A model generated the notes under the pieces. That model was given only the letters and a program-made list of their open reading frames with translations, was not told where the DNA came from and made no database searches. A stretch of 64,000 nucleotides of DNA from Bacteroidia bacterium (lineage in GTDB: Bacteria; Bacteroidota; Ignavibacteria; SZUA-365). The stretch covers positions 4,138,552 to 4,202,551 of the forward strand of contig JAOSJT010000001.1 of NCBI GenBank assembly GCA_027493955.1, in the 5' to 3' direction. Shown piece after piece: positions 38,105 to 49,275 of this stretch. The first letter of the stretch is position 1. Every line of letters begins with the position of its first letter. A program made the translations under genes and the position numbers.

Positions 38105-38808
38105 AGGGCATGATACTTGCCGCGGGGTTCGGGACGCGACTCGGTGCGCTGACGAGCGATATTCCCAAGCCGCTGCTCCCGGTCGCCGGGAAACCCATGA
38201 TAGCGTCAGCGGTCGAAGCGCTCAAACGAGCCGGTTGTACCGATATCATCGTCAACGCGCATCATCATGCCGGTATGATCGTCGCGCACTTCAGGGAAAC
38301 GGATTACGGAGTCCGGATACGCGTGAGCGTCGAGAGCGATATTCTCGGTACCGGAGGAGGGATTGTGCATGCGCGTCCGTTGCTCGGAGATGCTCCCTTT
38401 TTTCTTTTACATAACGCCGACATCGTCACCGGCGCGATTCTTTCCGCGCTGGTGGAGGAGCACCGTCGGCACGCGCCGCTTGCGACGCTGCTTGTGCACC
38501 GCAGGGAAACGAAGCGTGCCGTGCTGTTCGATGAAAGTATGCGCTTTCTCGGCAAGGAAGTGTGGCGCGAAGAAGGCATGGAGTTTCCGGACGATGCACA
38601 GCGCTTCAATTACTGCGGTGTGCAGGTGATATCGCGGGAGTTTTTCGATCTCGCTTTTCCGGATGGTTTTTCAGATCTGTTCGATTGCCACCGCATCGCA
38701 CTCTCGTCCGGGCGGATGATACGGGGGATGGAACATAACGCGTATTGGACGGATCTTGGAACAGAGGAACGGATTCGCGAACATGAGCAACATGAGCATA
38801 TCCGATAG
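38101..38808 (+). CDS. sugar-1-phosphate nucleotidyltransferase, MurU-like (MurNAc-alpha-1-P uridylyltransferase)
   Basis: [34 protein letters not shown] N-terminal NTP-transferase motif, ~235 aa, downstream of the AmgK-like kinase. ATG at 38101 (the track start at 38095 is TTG). Confidence 0.6.
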   Translation: [235 protein letters not shown]

Positions 38809-40783
38809 CATAAGAACATCGCGGCTGGACGTCGCCATGGTGCTTTGGTTGTTCGTTGCGGCGCAGAGCTTGTTCGCACAGGATGCGATAATAGTAGACC
38901 GGGTCGACGCATCGCAGTGGCCGACCCTGCAATTCAGACTTCGCCTCCTGACGGCCGGCACCGATACCATTCTTCCGGATCCGGGACGTCTGGTTTTCTT
39001 CGAAGAGAATCTTCCGCTGACGTATTCGATGCGCTGTGATGCTCCCGCGCCCACGCCGCTCGCCCTCGCACTGGGTCTGGAACTGAGTCTCGACAGCTAT
39101 TTCCCCCAGGCCCGCGATGCCGCGCTGCGGGCGCTTGCGCTCGTTCGGTGCACGGATGCCGCCGACAGAGTATCATTATGGACGTTTGCATCCTCTATAG
39201 GTCACGACCTGCCCCTCACTCACGACAGCGGCCGCGTTGCATCGTTGATTCTCGGAAAGAGCGAAGCGCAGTGGCCTTTCAACGGCACCATGCTGTTCGA
39301 GACCATGTACAGAGCGGTTGAGGAAGCAGGAGCGGCTTCGGAAACGAACAAAGCCGTGCTGTTTGTGACGGATGGAGTCAACAACACGATCTATTCGAAC
39401 CGCGACGCGGCGGACGTCATCAACCGCGCTGTTGGACTCGGCGTGCGCGTACATAGTATCGGCATTCGTCAGGTCGCCGCCGGGCTTGCGGAGTTGCGAT
39501 CCATCGCCGCAGCGACCGGTGGAATATACCACCGTGTGACGGATGCCGGAGTATTCGATTCCCTTGCCCGCGCGCTGCGTGCATCGATCATTCCCGAGCA
39601 CTGGTGCGACATCGAAACGCAATCGCGATTCTGCGCGAACGGAGCGGTACGCCGCATGTTCTGCCGCTATATCACGGAGCAGGGCGATACGCTGTCGACC
39701 TCGGTGAGCTACGTTTCGCCACTATTGCCCGGAGAACTCGACACGCTCGCGCTGTGGAGTTCGCCTCCCCGCATGATGCTCACCGCAAACGACACCGCAG
39801 TCGTTGTGCTTGGTGTGTCGCTGAACAATGGGGTGCAGCCGCCGTCGTTTACGCTGGCGCTACCGTTGCAGGGTATGCGAATTGTCTCCGCACTTCCAGT
39901 GCAATGGCAGGCAACGACACGAACGTCGGGCGACACTCTGTACCTCGATGCCACGCCTCCGGCCTCCGGTCTCACTGCTGGGGACTATTCCGTCCTTCGC
40001 GTGACGCTGACCGCATCCTCGGCAATCTCGCGCGATCTGCAACCGACATTTCAGACGCAAGCATCGTCGTGCATCTTCGCCACGCCCGGGACGGTGAATC
40101 GCGCCGTGTTGATTGCGCTCGACACGATGCGCACCGAGCGCGGTGCTACAGCGGATATGCCTATCCGTATATATGACTCCGGGTTGCCTGAAGGTGTGCA
40201 GGATGTTGTGTTCCGTGTCAGCATCGATACCGCGTATGCCCGATTCAATGCCGCTGCCCCATGGACGGACGAGCCAGGTTGGCAGGGATCGTGGGCCCTC
40301 ATCGATGCGGGTACACTTGTCATGCGGCTTGACCGCCTCACGACCGATGGGACTGTTCCGGCCGGCCGGGCAGGCATCACGACGTTGTATACTTCGCCGC
40401 TTCATATTCCTGTAGCAATCGATCTTTCCGTTGTCAATGCGTTCGGCACACCGCCACAATTCCGGTCCGAAGCAGGCCTGATCGTTCTGAGTGATTCCTG
40501 TCATCCCGGTATCGTCATGCTCAGCGGACTCTCCATATCTCCGCCCCGACCGAATCCGGCGAATTACGAGGTACTCCTTGATGTCGATGTCCTCGGGGAT
40601 ACATCTATCCGACTGCAGTTGCTGGATGCGGGCGGTAAACCAGTGAATGAAAGAACCATGGAGATGAGAAAAGGTCTGTCAACCGTGCGCCTGGGGGTGT
40701 CATCTCTGCCATCGGGCAGCTACAGCATTCTTTGCCAGAGTGTATACGGCATTACGGTACAGCCGCTTCGCATCATTCGGTGA
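38783..40783 (+). CDS. secreted von Willebrand factor A domain protein with T9SS C-terminal sorting domain
   Basis: Signal peptide ..MSISDSIRTSRLDVAMVLWLFVAAQSLFAQ; vWA block ..NKAVLFVTDGVNNT..; C-terminus ..PNPANYEVLLDVDVLGDTSIRLQLLDAGGKPVNERTMEMRKGLSTVRLGVSSLPSGSYSILCQ is T9SS-CTD-like. Start overlaps the MurU-like gene end. Confidence 0.65.
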   Translation: MSNMSISDSIRTSRLDVAMVLWLFVAAQSLFAQDAIIVDRVDASQWPTLQFRLRLLTAGTDTILPDPGRLVFFEENLPLTYSMRCDAPAPTPLALALGLELSLDSYFPQARDAALRALALVRCTDAADRVSLWTFASSIGHDLPLTHDSGRVASLILGKSEAQWPFNGTMLFETMYRAVEEAGAASETNKAVLFVTDGVNNTIYSNRDAADVINRAVGLGVRVHSIGIRQVAAGLAELRSIAAATGGIYHRVTDAGVFDSLARALRASIIPEHWCDIETQSRFCANGAVRRMFCRYITEQGDTLSTSVSYVSPLLPGELDTLALWSSPPRMMLTANDTAVVVLGVSLNNGVQPPSFTLALPLQGMRIVSALPVQWQATTRTSGDTLYLDATPPASGLTAGDYSVLRVTLTASSAISRDLQPTFQTQASSCIFATPGTVNRAVLIALDTMRTERGATADMPIRIYDSGLPEGVQDVVFRVSIDTAYARFNAAAPWTDEPGWQGSWALIDAGTLVMRLDRLTTDGTVPAGRAGITTLYTSPLHIPVAIDLSVVNAFGTPPQFRSEAGLIVLSDSCHPGIVMLSGLSISPPRPNPANYEVLLDVDVLGDTSIRLQLLDAGGKPVNERTMEMRKGLSTVRLGVSSLPSGSYSILCQSVYGITVQPLRIIR

Positions 40784-40919
40784 TCTGTACCTGCCGTTCG
40801 ATCGTAGCACGTTGTGCGCCCCTGTCCAGGGTCTCGAAAATCCTTTCGCGTTCAGAGTGCGGTGAGTATTTTGATACGATTGAATATCGCTCCGGATTTC
40901 CAACAGGTTTGCAAGCATT

Positions 40920-42287
40920 ATGAATTATCTTTCTCTTTGTTCCACACTGCTTCTTCTCCTTGCCTCCACGGTTTGTACAGATCCACTCGCCGCACAGACA
41001 CCCGCACAGAAAGCCGCCGCGTCCGCCTTCGTGGATGCCTTCGCCGCGCGTAACTGGGATGCGTTGCGCGCCATCGCCCATCCGGATTTTCAGCAAAAAG
41101 TGACCGTCGAACAACTCGAGAAATTGCTCGACGATATGGAAAGCCGGGCCGGGAAGTTACAGCGGCACAGCTTCTACAGCGGTGAATTCAATCGCAGCTA
41201 TGCCAACGTCGTGCACCGGCTCCATTTCAAAAAGGATTCCATCGGTCTCCGCATCGTTGTGGATTCGCTGAATTTCGTCGGCGGAATGTGGATTGAGCCG
41301 ATTCAGAAGGTGTATGCTTTCGCCCCACCGCCTTATGCGGACAGTACGCGGTTTTTCGAGGAAACGATCAGCTTCGGAGGAGAGCAGGCGCTTCCGGGTG
41401 TGATCACGGTGCCTAAGGGCAAGGGACCGTTTCCTGCTGTCGTGCTCGTTCACGGATCGGGACCGCAGGACCGGGACCAGACGGTGAATGGAAATAAGAT
41501 GTTTCGCGACCTGGCCTGGGGCCTGGCCTCGAAAGGCATCATGGTATTGCGCTACGACAAGCGTACACGGGTACACGGACCGAAAATGAATCTGCTGAAG
41601 CTCACCGTGCAGGAGGAAAGTATCGACGATGCTGTCGAAGGGCTTCGTCTTCTGCGTGGGCACAGTGCCGCGGATACCAATCGCCTCATTCTGCTGGGAC
41701 ACAGCCTGGGCGCCGCTCTCGCTCCCGAAATCGCGACGCAGTCAGGTGTAACCAAGGGCGTCGTCATGCTTGCGCCCATCGCCCGTCCGCTGGAGGTGGT
41801 GATATCCGATCAGCTTCGCTACATCGCCTCGCAGCAGGATACATTGACCGAGCAGGAATCCGTGAAACTCCATACCGAGCTGCAGAAGGCAGCACAGATA
41901 GCCGACGAGTCGCTGGGCGCGAGCCGTCTTCTGCTCGGTGTGCCCGCGTCCTACTACTACGACATGCACAAGCGCGACCAGAAGGCCTACGCCCGCGCTC
42001 TCGGTGTGCCGATATTCATTGCACGTGGCGAAAAGGACTATCAGGCGCCGCAGATGGAATACGTGCTCTGGCAGGACTATCTGAAAGACATTCCGAAGGT
42101 GACGTTCAAAACCTATCGGAACTGCTACCACCCCTTCATCGAAACCGATGCGAAACCCGGACCATGGAATTACACCATGGAAGGGCATGTCACGGAGGAA
42201 TTGATCAACGACCTTGTCCGCTGGTGTACGTCTTTTTCGCTCGATGCAGCGGACGCGACTCAGGAAAAGGAGTACAGGGTCCGATGA
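40920..42287 (+). CDS. alpha/beta hydrolase (dienelactone-hydrolase/peptidase S9-like) with N-terminal DUF3887-like domain
   Basis: Signal peptide MNYLSLCSTLLLLLASTVCTDPLAAQ; nucleophile elbow LLGHSLGAAL; ..VVLVHGSGPQDRD.. block. Confidence 0.7.
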   Translation: MNYLSLCSTLLLLLASTVCTDPLAAQTPAQKAAASAFVDAFAARNWDALRAIAHPDFQQKVTVEQLEKLLDDMESRAGKLQRHSFYSGEFNRSYANVVHRLHFKKDSIGLRIVVDSLNFVGGMWIEPIQKVYAFAPPPYADSTRFFEETISFGGEQALPGVITVPKGKGPFPAVVLVHGSGPQDRDQTVNGNKMFRDLAWGLASKGIMVLRYDKRTRVHGPKMNLLKLTVQEESIDDAVEGLRLLRGHSAADTNRLILLGHSLGAALAPEIATQSGVTKGVVMLAPIARPLEVVISDQLRYIASQQDTLTEQESVKLHTELQKAAQIADESLGASRLLLGVPASYYYDMHKRDQKAYARALGVPIFIARGEKDYQAPQMEYVLWQDYLKDIPKVTFKTYRNCYHPFIETDAKPGPWNYTMEGHVTEELINDLVRWCTSFSLDAADATQEKEYRVR

Positions 42288-42300
42288 CGACATCCATCAC

Positions 42301-43390
42301 ATGAGCGGCGGTGACAAGGGCGGCAAGATTCACCGCCGTGTGCAGAAGCGCAAGGATATAGAGAAACAGTGGCGTAAAGGTGAGGCGCGCTGGTCCTACG
42401 AGGGGGATGCGGAAGCGGACGAAAACAGTCTTCAGCATGTGCTCGGCGCTCCGCGGCGGCATCACCTTGTGGATACACACGGTGAGCACGAAGCCGTTGT
42501 CGTGCAAACGGGAGGGACGCATACGCTGCTGCAGGATGGGACGGTCATTCTTCGCGCCAAACCCCGCCGTTCCACCACCAGCGAGAACCGCAAAAGCACT
42601 CTCATCGCCATCGGCGACCGCGTCCGCTACCGCCCCGCGAGCGCGGATGAAGCCATCATCACGCACGTGTACGAACGCAATTCCTGGCTGCTTCGCCAGT
42701 CTATCCGTGATGCCGAGTATGCGCAGGTGCTCGTGGCGAATATCGACATGGTGGTGGTCACGACTGCGGCGACCGCCGAATTGCTTCGTCCCGGCCTCAT
42801 CGATCGTTATCTCATCGCAGCCGCCATGGGCGGGATGGACACCTGCGTGGTCGTGAATAAGATTGATTTACCGGACGAAGAAGACCGCGCGTGGGTGGAG
42901 GAAGTGGCCGCCATGTACCGCGACGCCGGGTATGAGGCGGTACTGACGAGCTGCGTGACGGGCGAGGGGATGGAAGAACTCCGGGTCGTACTGAAGGATA
43001 AACTCAGCGCGTTTTCCGGTCACAGTGGTGTTGGTAAAACCAGTATTCTCAACGAACTTCTCCCGGAGCTCCGGGAAAAAACCGCAGATCTGAGCGAGCA
43101 AAGCCAGCGCGGCATGCACACCACCACGCGCAGTACCCTGTACGCACTACCCGGCGGGGGCGCCATCGCCGACACGCCCGGCATACGCGAGTTCGGACTC
43201 TTTTATTTTGACCCCGCAGAGCTGCACAGCTACTACCCGGAGTTTGTTGCTCTCTCGCGCGACTGCCGCTTCCCCCATTGCACCCACACACATGAACCCG
43301 GCTGCGCCGTCCGCGACGCCGTAGACCGCGAAGAAATCCATCCCCTCCGCTATCGCAACTACCTCCAGATACTCGAAAGTCAGCAAGCGT

Positions 43391-43392
<2 letters not shown>
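42301..43392 (+). CDS. rsgA: ribosome small-subunit-dependent GTPase A
   Basis: Circularly permuted GTPase motifs (VVNKIDL ... GHSGVGKTSILN ... DTPGIREFGL) and C-terminal zinc finger CRFPHCTHTHEPGCAV. Carries a ~40-aa Lys/Arg-rich N-terminal extension. Confidence 0.85.
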
Positions 43393-43893
<501 letters not shown>

Positions 43894-43895
<2 letters not shown>

Positions 43896-44265
43896 ATCTT
43901 CTTCGTGACGGATTCCTGGGGATCTGCCTGTGAAACTCCAGAATCATGCGTGATAGTTCGTCGAGTTGTCCAACGAGCGGCATCATACGTTCCTGTGATG
44001 TAAGACCGATCTTTGGAATGGTCAGACACATGTTGGCTGTTTCAAAGGTTGATCGTCGTGCGATGTTCAGGAAATTGCGGAACTCATTGTTCGACAAGCT
44101 GCCGGAGCCTTCCGCGATGTTGTTTGTGATGGACAACGAGGCGGATCGAACCTGCTCAGCGAAACGATACATCCTTTGCTGATCGAGGAAATCAGCAAGG
44201 CGGAATGAACGCACAACCACATCCGTCCCCCGTTGCCAGATATCGAGATTCTGAAATCGAAACAT
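43894..44265 (-). CDS. four-helix-bundle protein (PF05635, '23S rRNA intervening sequence protein'/Avd-like family)
   Basis: 123 aa; ..FAEQVRSASLSITNNIAEGSGSLSNNEFRNFLNIARRSTFE.. matches the family signature (Q..RAa.SI..NIAEG ... iArGS..E). Local GC (~50%) is well below the window average. Confidence 0.7.
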
Positions 44266-44356
44266 GTCATACTCCCAAAGTGAGTGGAATGAAAAAAAAC
44301 ATCAATACCTGTGCGGTATTAACGAAATGCGTAAATCTTTCCTGGATACAAATAGA

Positions 44357-45120
44357 AGAGAGCAGAGAGCAGAGAGCAGAGAGCAGAGAGCAGAGAGCAG
44401 AGAGCACGTCCATAGAAGACCAGGAAATCCGCACAAGATCCTGACTCCGCTTCCTGCACGACCGTCCGACCTGCACGACCATGCTCCCCGCTCTCTGCTC
44501 TCCGCTCCTGCACAAGCGTTCGACTCGCATGGCCGTGCTCTCTGCTCTCCGCTCCTGCACAAGCGTTCGACTCGCATGGCCGTGCTCTCTGCTCTCCGCT
44601 CCTGCACAAGCGTTCGACTCGCATGGCCGTGCTCTCTGCTCTCCGCTCCTGCACAAGCGTTCGACTCGCATGGCCGTGCTCTCTGCTTTCCGCTCCTGCA
44701 CAAGCGTTCGACTCGCATGGCCGTGCTCTCCGCTCTCCGCTCCTGCACAAGCGTTCGACTCGTATGGCCGTGCTCTCTGCTCTCCGCTCCTGCACAAGCG
44801 TTCGACTCGCATGGCCGTGCTCTCTGCTCTCCGCTCCTGCACAAGCGTTCGACTCGCATGGCCGTGCTCTCTGCTCTCCGCTCCTGCACAAGCGTTCGAC
44901 TCGCATGGCCGTGCTCTCTGCTCTCCGCTCCTGCACAAGCGTTCGACTCGCATGGCCGTGCTCTCTGCTCTCCGCTCTCCGCTCCTGCACAAGCGTTCGA
45001 CTCGCATGGCCGTGCTCTCTGCTCTCCGCTCCTGCACCAGCATCCGACTCGCATGGTCGTGCTCTCCGCTCTCTGCTCTCCGCTCCTGCACGACCGGCCG
45101 ACCTGCACGACCGTGCTCCC
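44357..45120. repeat. composite minisatellite, right copy: (GCAGAGA)x7-8, identical 85-bp linker, 47-bp unit x ~12
   Basis: Same orientation and linker (agcacgtccatagaagac.aggaaatccgcacaagatcctgactccgcttcctgcacgaccgtccgacctgcacgaccatgctcc) as the left copy. The heptamer differs by one base (GCAGAGA vs GCGGAGA). Ends at the stop of the next minus-strand gene. Confidence 0.9.
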
Positions 45121-45122
45121 CC

Positions 45123-47144
45123 TCACAGCATCACCTCAACCTGCAGCGTCCCTTTCCCCAGAGCGTCGCCATCGACGGCATCCGCACCGTCACCCATGGA
45201 ACGCACCCCGTCGCGTATGCTGATGCCGTACTTCACGCCGAGGCGCAGCCAGGGCCAAGGACGCCAGTCGGCCACAAGATAGCTCCGCAGTCCTCGTCCG
45301 TACAGCGCAATGTTCTGCATCACGCCCGGAACATCATGCTCGAATTGATACACGCGTCCGTCGTAGCCGCCGCTTTCAATAATAGCGATGCGTCCGGTGA
45401 GAACGAGTTCCGGAGTGAGAGTTGCACGACAGTCGGCGAGCAGGAGCAGTCCGTCGTCACCCTCTTTCCACGCGTCATAGCGCACCATGCTGCGGTCTGC
45501 ACGGAAGCGCAGCCGCACACCGTTCTCCATCTCCGCGATCAGTTCGACGCGCAGGGCAGTGGACTGCCGTCGGGCAAGAGGCCGGATGTCGCGCCCTTGC
45601 GCGTCGATGGCGGCAACGGTGTTGTCTTTCTCCCCGTGGGTGCATCGCATGTTGAGGATGAGAGATTCCGATATCTCCCAACCTGCAGCGAGCAACATTT
45701 CCCCGCCCGAGGTCGGCAAATGCAGTAAATATGTGCGGTTCGGAAACGCGAAAACGTCCACCCATGCATCGATGCGGAGTTCCGGTACGGGACGAACCCG
45801 CAATCCGAGGTACAATCCCTGTTCGTTCTGCAGCTCGCCTCCCCGTTCGCCGAAACCGAAGCCGTGAATGTTGACGAAGCGCTCATTGTAGGATCGCCAT
45901 AGAAGCACTGCCTCGGCCTGTGCATGCAACGGAGCCCGTAAACCCAGCAACGCCGCTCCGCGGTCGAGATGACACAGCGCCATTTCGCCGAACACCTGCG
46001 TACGGCCATAGCTATAAGACGCGTCACCGCCTACAACCCACGCTCTGTCACCGCGAAAACCGAAGGGCGTGTTGGGATCGGACGGCACAGAATACCACGC
46101 ATGCCATGCGGACACTCCCCCACGCATGGCAGTAGCTGTACCAACCTTCTCCCATTGCGCGCGAGCGCCATACAAGTCCTCGCGCACGCTCTGTCTCCTT
46201 TGGCTTTCGCTTGGGGAGCGATGCATTCCGTCTATGCCGAAGGCTCCGGCGGTTCCTGTACTTTCATCGATCGTGGCATCCAGCGCGTTACGGCTCGCGA
46301 ACGTGAGCAGCGATACCGCGCCGAATCCCAACTGCACCGCCGCGCCGCGATAGAACAGGCCCTCCGTCGCCGAAGCGTACGGTGCGAGCATGCGCGTCCC
46401 GCGACGGCCGGCGGCGAGAGCGTCCGAACCTTTGGACAGACCGAAGGACTGCCAGAACACGAGCCCGTTCCCCGCCGCCACCGTGAAGTCTCCGAGCACC
46501 GCCTGATCCACGATGCCCAAAGCCTCCGCGCTGACATAGCCACACAGATGATCGGCAAAATCGCTCTCTCCCGCATCGCGCTCTTGCAACAGACCGGCGC
46601 GTACATGTCCGAGACCCTGTGCGGTGATGCGTTGTTGTATGCGCGCCCGCCCGCCTGGGTAACGTCCGTCCAGAAATCCGGAACGCGGCCTGTCCTCCTG
46701 CTGAACTCTACCGCGGTATTGCAGGACATCAGCCAATGCTGTTGTCTCTTCGCAATCGAGTGACGCGCAGAATCGCAGCAAAGCGTACGCGTCCCGATCC
46801 ATCCCTTGCAGGCGTCGGAGGCTCTTCCAGCCCGGAACGCTGTCAGAGCGCATTGCGCCGTGTATGGCCAGCGCCAGGGTCGGAGAAACCAATGGAATGG
46901 ACTCCAGCTCCTCCAGTGTCGCTGATCGAAGGCATAGCGGATCTTCGGCAAAACGTTCGATTTGTTCGACGAGCAGTGAGGCATCCTCCTCGTCGCTGCG
47001 TTCCAGCAGGCGTTCGAGCGCCCGTTCCACAGCGGCACCGCGCCGGCCATTCTCCTGTCCGCAGAGGGGTGATGGAGCAAGAAACAGAATAAAAGCCACG
47101 AAGGCGAGCGCACCGTGCGCCCGAAATGTGATACATGCTGACAT
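45123..47144 (-). CDS. secreted helix-hairpin-helix domain protein with large beta-rich C-terminal region (hypothetical)
   Basis: Signal peptide MSACITFRAHGALAFVAFILFLAPSPLCGQ from M 47144. HhH-like ..LEELESIPLVSPTLALAIHGAM.. near the N-terminus. C-terminal ~500 aa rich in alternating Gly/aromatic beta-strand-like segments. No confident family assignment. Confidence 0.5.
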   Translation of the reverse strand: MSACITFRAHGALAFVAFILFLAPSPLCGQENGRRGAAVERALERLLERSDEEDASLLVEQIERFAEDPLCLRSATLEELESIPLVSPTLALAIHGAMRSDSVPGWKSLRRLQGMDRDAYALLRFCASLDCEETTALADVLQYRGRVQQEDRPRSGFLDGRYPGGRARIQQRITAQGLGHVRAGLLQERDAGESDFADHLCGYVSAEALGIVDQAVLGDFTVAAGNGLVFWQSFGLSKGSDALAAGRRGTRMLAPYASATEGLFYRGAAVQLGFGAVSLLTFASRNALDATIDESTGTAGAFGIDGMHRSPSESQRRQSVREDLYGARAQWEKVGTATAMRGGVSAWHAWYSVPSDPNTPFGFRGDRAWVVGGDASYSYGRTQVFGEMALCHLDRGAALLGLRAPLHAQAEAVLLWRSYNERFVNIHGFGFGERGGELQNEQGLYLGLRVRPVPELRIDAWVDVFAFPNRTYLLHLPTSGGEMLLAAGWEISESLILNMRCTHGEKDNTVAAIDAQGRDIRPLARRQSTALRVELIAEMENGVRLRFRADRSMVRYDAWKEGDDGLLLLADCRATLTPELVLTGRIAIIESGGYDGRVYQFEHDVPGVMQNIALYGRGLRSYLVADWRPWPWLRLGVKYGISIRDGVRSMGDGADAVDGDALGKGTLQVEVML

Positions 47145-47301
47145 GACAGTACTCCCTGACTGTAATGAAAAATGGTAGTCGTGCTTGTCCCTCGACAAAC
47201 GGATAATCCGTCTGCGCGCAGGCGTACGTTATAATCGGTGCACGGCGGAGCGTGCTGTAGTCTCTATGGTCATGCTGCTCTCCCGTGCAGCCGGTAGTCC
47301 A

Positions 47302-48279
47302 TCAGGACGTGATGGAGTCGAGCGGTATTTCGTCGATGTTGACGTTGAGACGATGCTGGAACACAAACGTCACAACAATCCCCAGTACCACGGCGAACCA
47401 CAGCGTGGCGACCCGGATAATGAAGGTCGAGGCCACGGCCACGTCGCGTGTCGCACCGGCCAGTATGCTCAAACCGGTCAGACTGCCTTCGGTGGTGCCC
47501 AGTCCGCCAGGCAGCATGCTCGCCGCCCCGATGACGGTGGAAAAGGCGTAGATAAACGTTGCTTTCAGCACTGTCGGCGGCGCCTCGAACACATGCAGAA
47601 TGATCCAGAAACCGAAGCATTCAAAAAACCACGCGATGATGCTCAATACCGTCGCTGCGGCCAATGGACGCGGACGCAGCAGCGCATGGATGCTTTCGTA
47701 GGCGTTGTGCCCATGCTGGGCGAAGCGGCGGATTACGGGCATTCGTCCCAGGAAATCAATGACGTACAACGATCCTCTCCGCCAGGCCAGAAGCAGCGTC
47801 ACCGCAAAGAAAAACACTGCGAAGCCCACCACCGCCATTCGGCTGATGTCGAACACGTACGCTCCCACGATAAGCAGCAACACCAGTCCGATAAAATCCG
47901 TCAGGCGCTCCGCCACGACTATCGGCGCCGAGCGGCTTACCGGCGTGCCGTTGACCTGTTTCAGGAGATAGGACTTCAGAACCTCACCGAGTTTCCCCGG
48001 GGTCACCGCCATGGTAAACGCGGAAAAGAAGATGATCAGGTTCTTGCCGCGCCCCGGATGCATGCCGAGTACGCGCGTGTAGTACTCCCATTTCGCGTAC
48101 CGGAATACGTAGTTCAACAGCGTGCAAAGAAGAATGACGGGCGCCCAGGCCCAGTTGAAATCCATGAACGCTGCCACGAGCTTGTCGAAGTCCGCCCATA
48201 TCGTCAGCGCGATGAACACCACCGCGCCGAAGGCCACCGAAAAGAGAAGCTTGCTACGCCAGCTGCCCGTCATCGGCAC
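47302..48279 (-). CDS. lysylphosphatidylglycerol-synthase-TM-region/flippase-like (UPF0104) membrane protein
   Basis: 325 aa, ~8 TM helices, composition and length typical of the TIGR00374 family. Confidence 0.55.
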   Translation of the reverse strand: MPMTGSWRSKLLFSVAFGAVVFIALTIWADFDKLVAAFMDFNWAWAPVILLCTLLNYVFRYAKWEYYTRVLGMHPGRGKNLIIFFSAFTMAVTPGKLGEVLKSYLLKQVNGTPVSRSAPIVVAERLTDFIGLVLLLIVGAYVFDISRMAVVGFAVFFFAVTLLLAWRRGSLYVIDFLGRMPVIRRFAQHGHNAYESIHALLRPRPLAAATVLSIIAWFFECFGFWIILHVFEAPPTVLKATFIYAFSTVIGAASMLPGGLGTTEGSLTGLSILAGATRDVAVASTFIIRVATLWFAVVLGIVVTFVFQHRLNVNIDEIPLDSITS

Positions 48280-48955
48280 CTCCCCGGGGCTTGATGAATT
48301 CCTTGTACGCGCACCAGAAGCTCGACAACGGAAGACCCATCACGTTGTAGAAATCCCCGACGATGCGGCTCACGAACACCGCGCCGAAATCGTCCTGTAT
48401 GCCGTACGCGCCCGCCTTGTCCATGGGACTGCCGGAGCGCACATAGTCCAGTATTTCCTCGTTGCCGAGCTTGCGGAACCACACCTCCGTGCGCTCGAAT
48501 TTCGTCACCGTGCGCAGGCCCGGCATTTCCACCAGCGAATAGCCCGTGTACACTTCATGCCGCTGATCACTGAGCCGATGCAGGATGCGCACGGCGTCGG
48601 CCTCGGATTCCGGCTTGTTGATGATCTCGTCGTCGTGCACAACGATGGTATCCGCCCCGATGACGATGCCCGCAGGTAGTCTGAAAGCCACGTCACGCGC
48701 CTTGCGCTCGGCGAGTATGGTCACATGCTCTTCCGGCGTCACCGCTTCGGTTATCGTTTCATCCACCCCGCTCGGAATGCAGTCGAATATCAGACCGACC
48801 TGCCGGAGCAGATGCTTCCTTCGGGGCGATGCCGATGCGAGGACGAGAAATGACGGTTGCACGCGGGCCTGTAATGATGGTTCGTGGACTCGACACGAAA
48901 CATCCAATATCGCATACGCGCACCAAAGGCGAAAGTCCCTCGCAAATGACCGCAT
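48254..48955 (-). CDS. maf: Maf-family nucleoside triphosphate pyrophosphatase
   Basis: ..LVLASASPRRKHLL.. and ..DKAGAYGIQD.. Maf signatures. The true start is probably internal (GTG/TTG near VQPSFLVLASAS), since the 233-aa ORF is ~35 aa longer than typical. Confidence 0.75.
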   Translation of the reverse strand: MRSFARDFRLWCAYAILDVSCRVHEPSLQARVQPSFLVLASASPRRKHLLRQVGLIFDCIPSGVDETITEAVTPEEHVTILAERKARDVAFRLPAGIVIGADTIVVHDDEIINKPESEADAVRILHRLSDQRHEVYTGYSLVEMPGLRTVTKFERTEVWFRKLGNEEILDYVRSGSPMDKAGAYGIQDDFGAVFVSRIVGDFYNVMGLPLSSFWCAYKEFIKPRGGADDGQLA

Positions 48956-49275
48956 CTCCGAGTGGATCGGTACACATCGATAACATGGTGGCTTGCGTAC
49001 TCGATCGGATGAAAGTGAATGTCCGCGGAAAAGTATTTCCGGAGATGATCACGGCGCTTCCCGTTCCCACGGTGCTTCACGTGCCGCGATAGAGGCTTGT
49101 AGGTGACGCTGTAACCTTCTCCGCATGGTCGAAATGGAAGTACGAACCCAGCGTGTCCGCGTCCATCCCTCCAGGGCCGTGATCAGACACGGACACCGTC
49201 CGCGAAATTCGCTGAAAATTCGTATCATTTATGTCGGATTTGACAGTCACACAACGAATGTATATTGGAGCACAC

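Noticed and set aside
47185-48294. 369-aa plus-strand ORF
   Set aside because: Antisense to the UPF0104 membrane protein gene; extremely Arg/His/Gln-rich.
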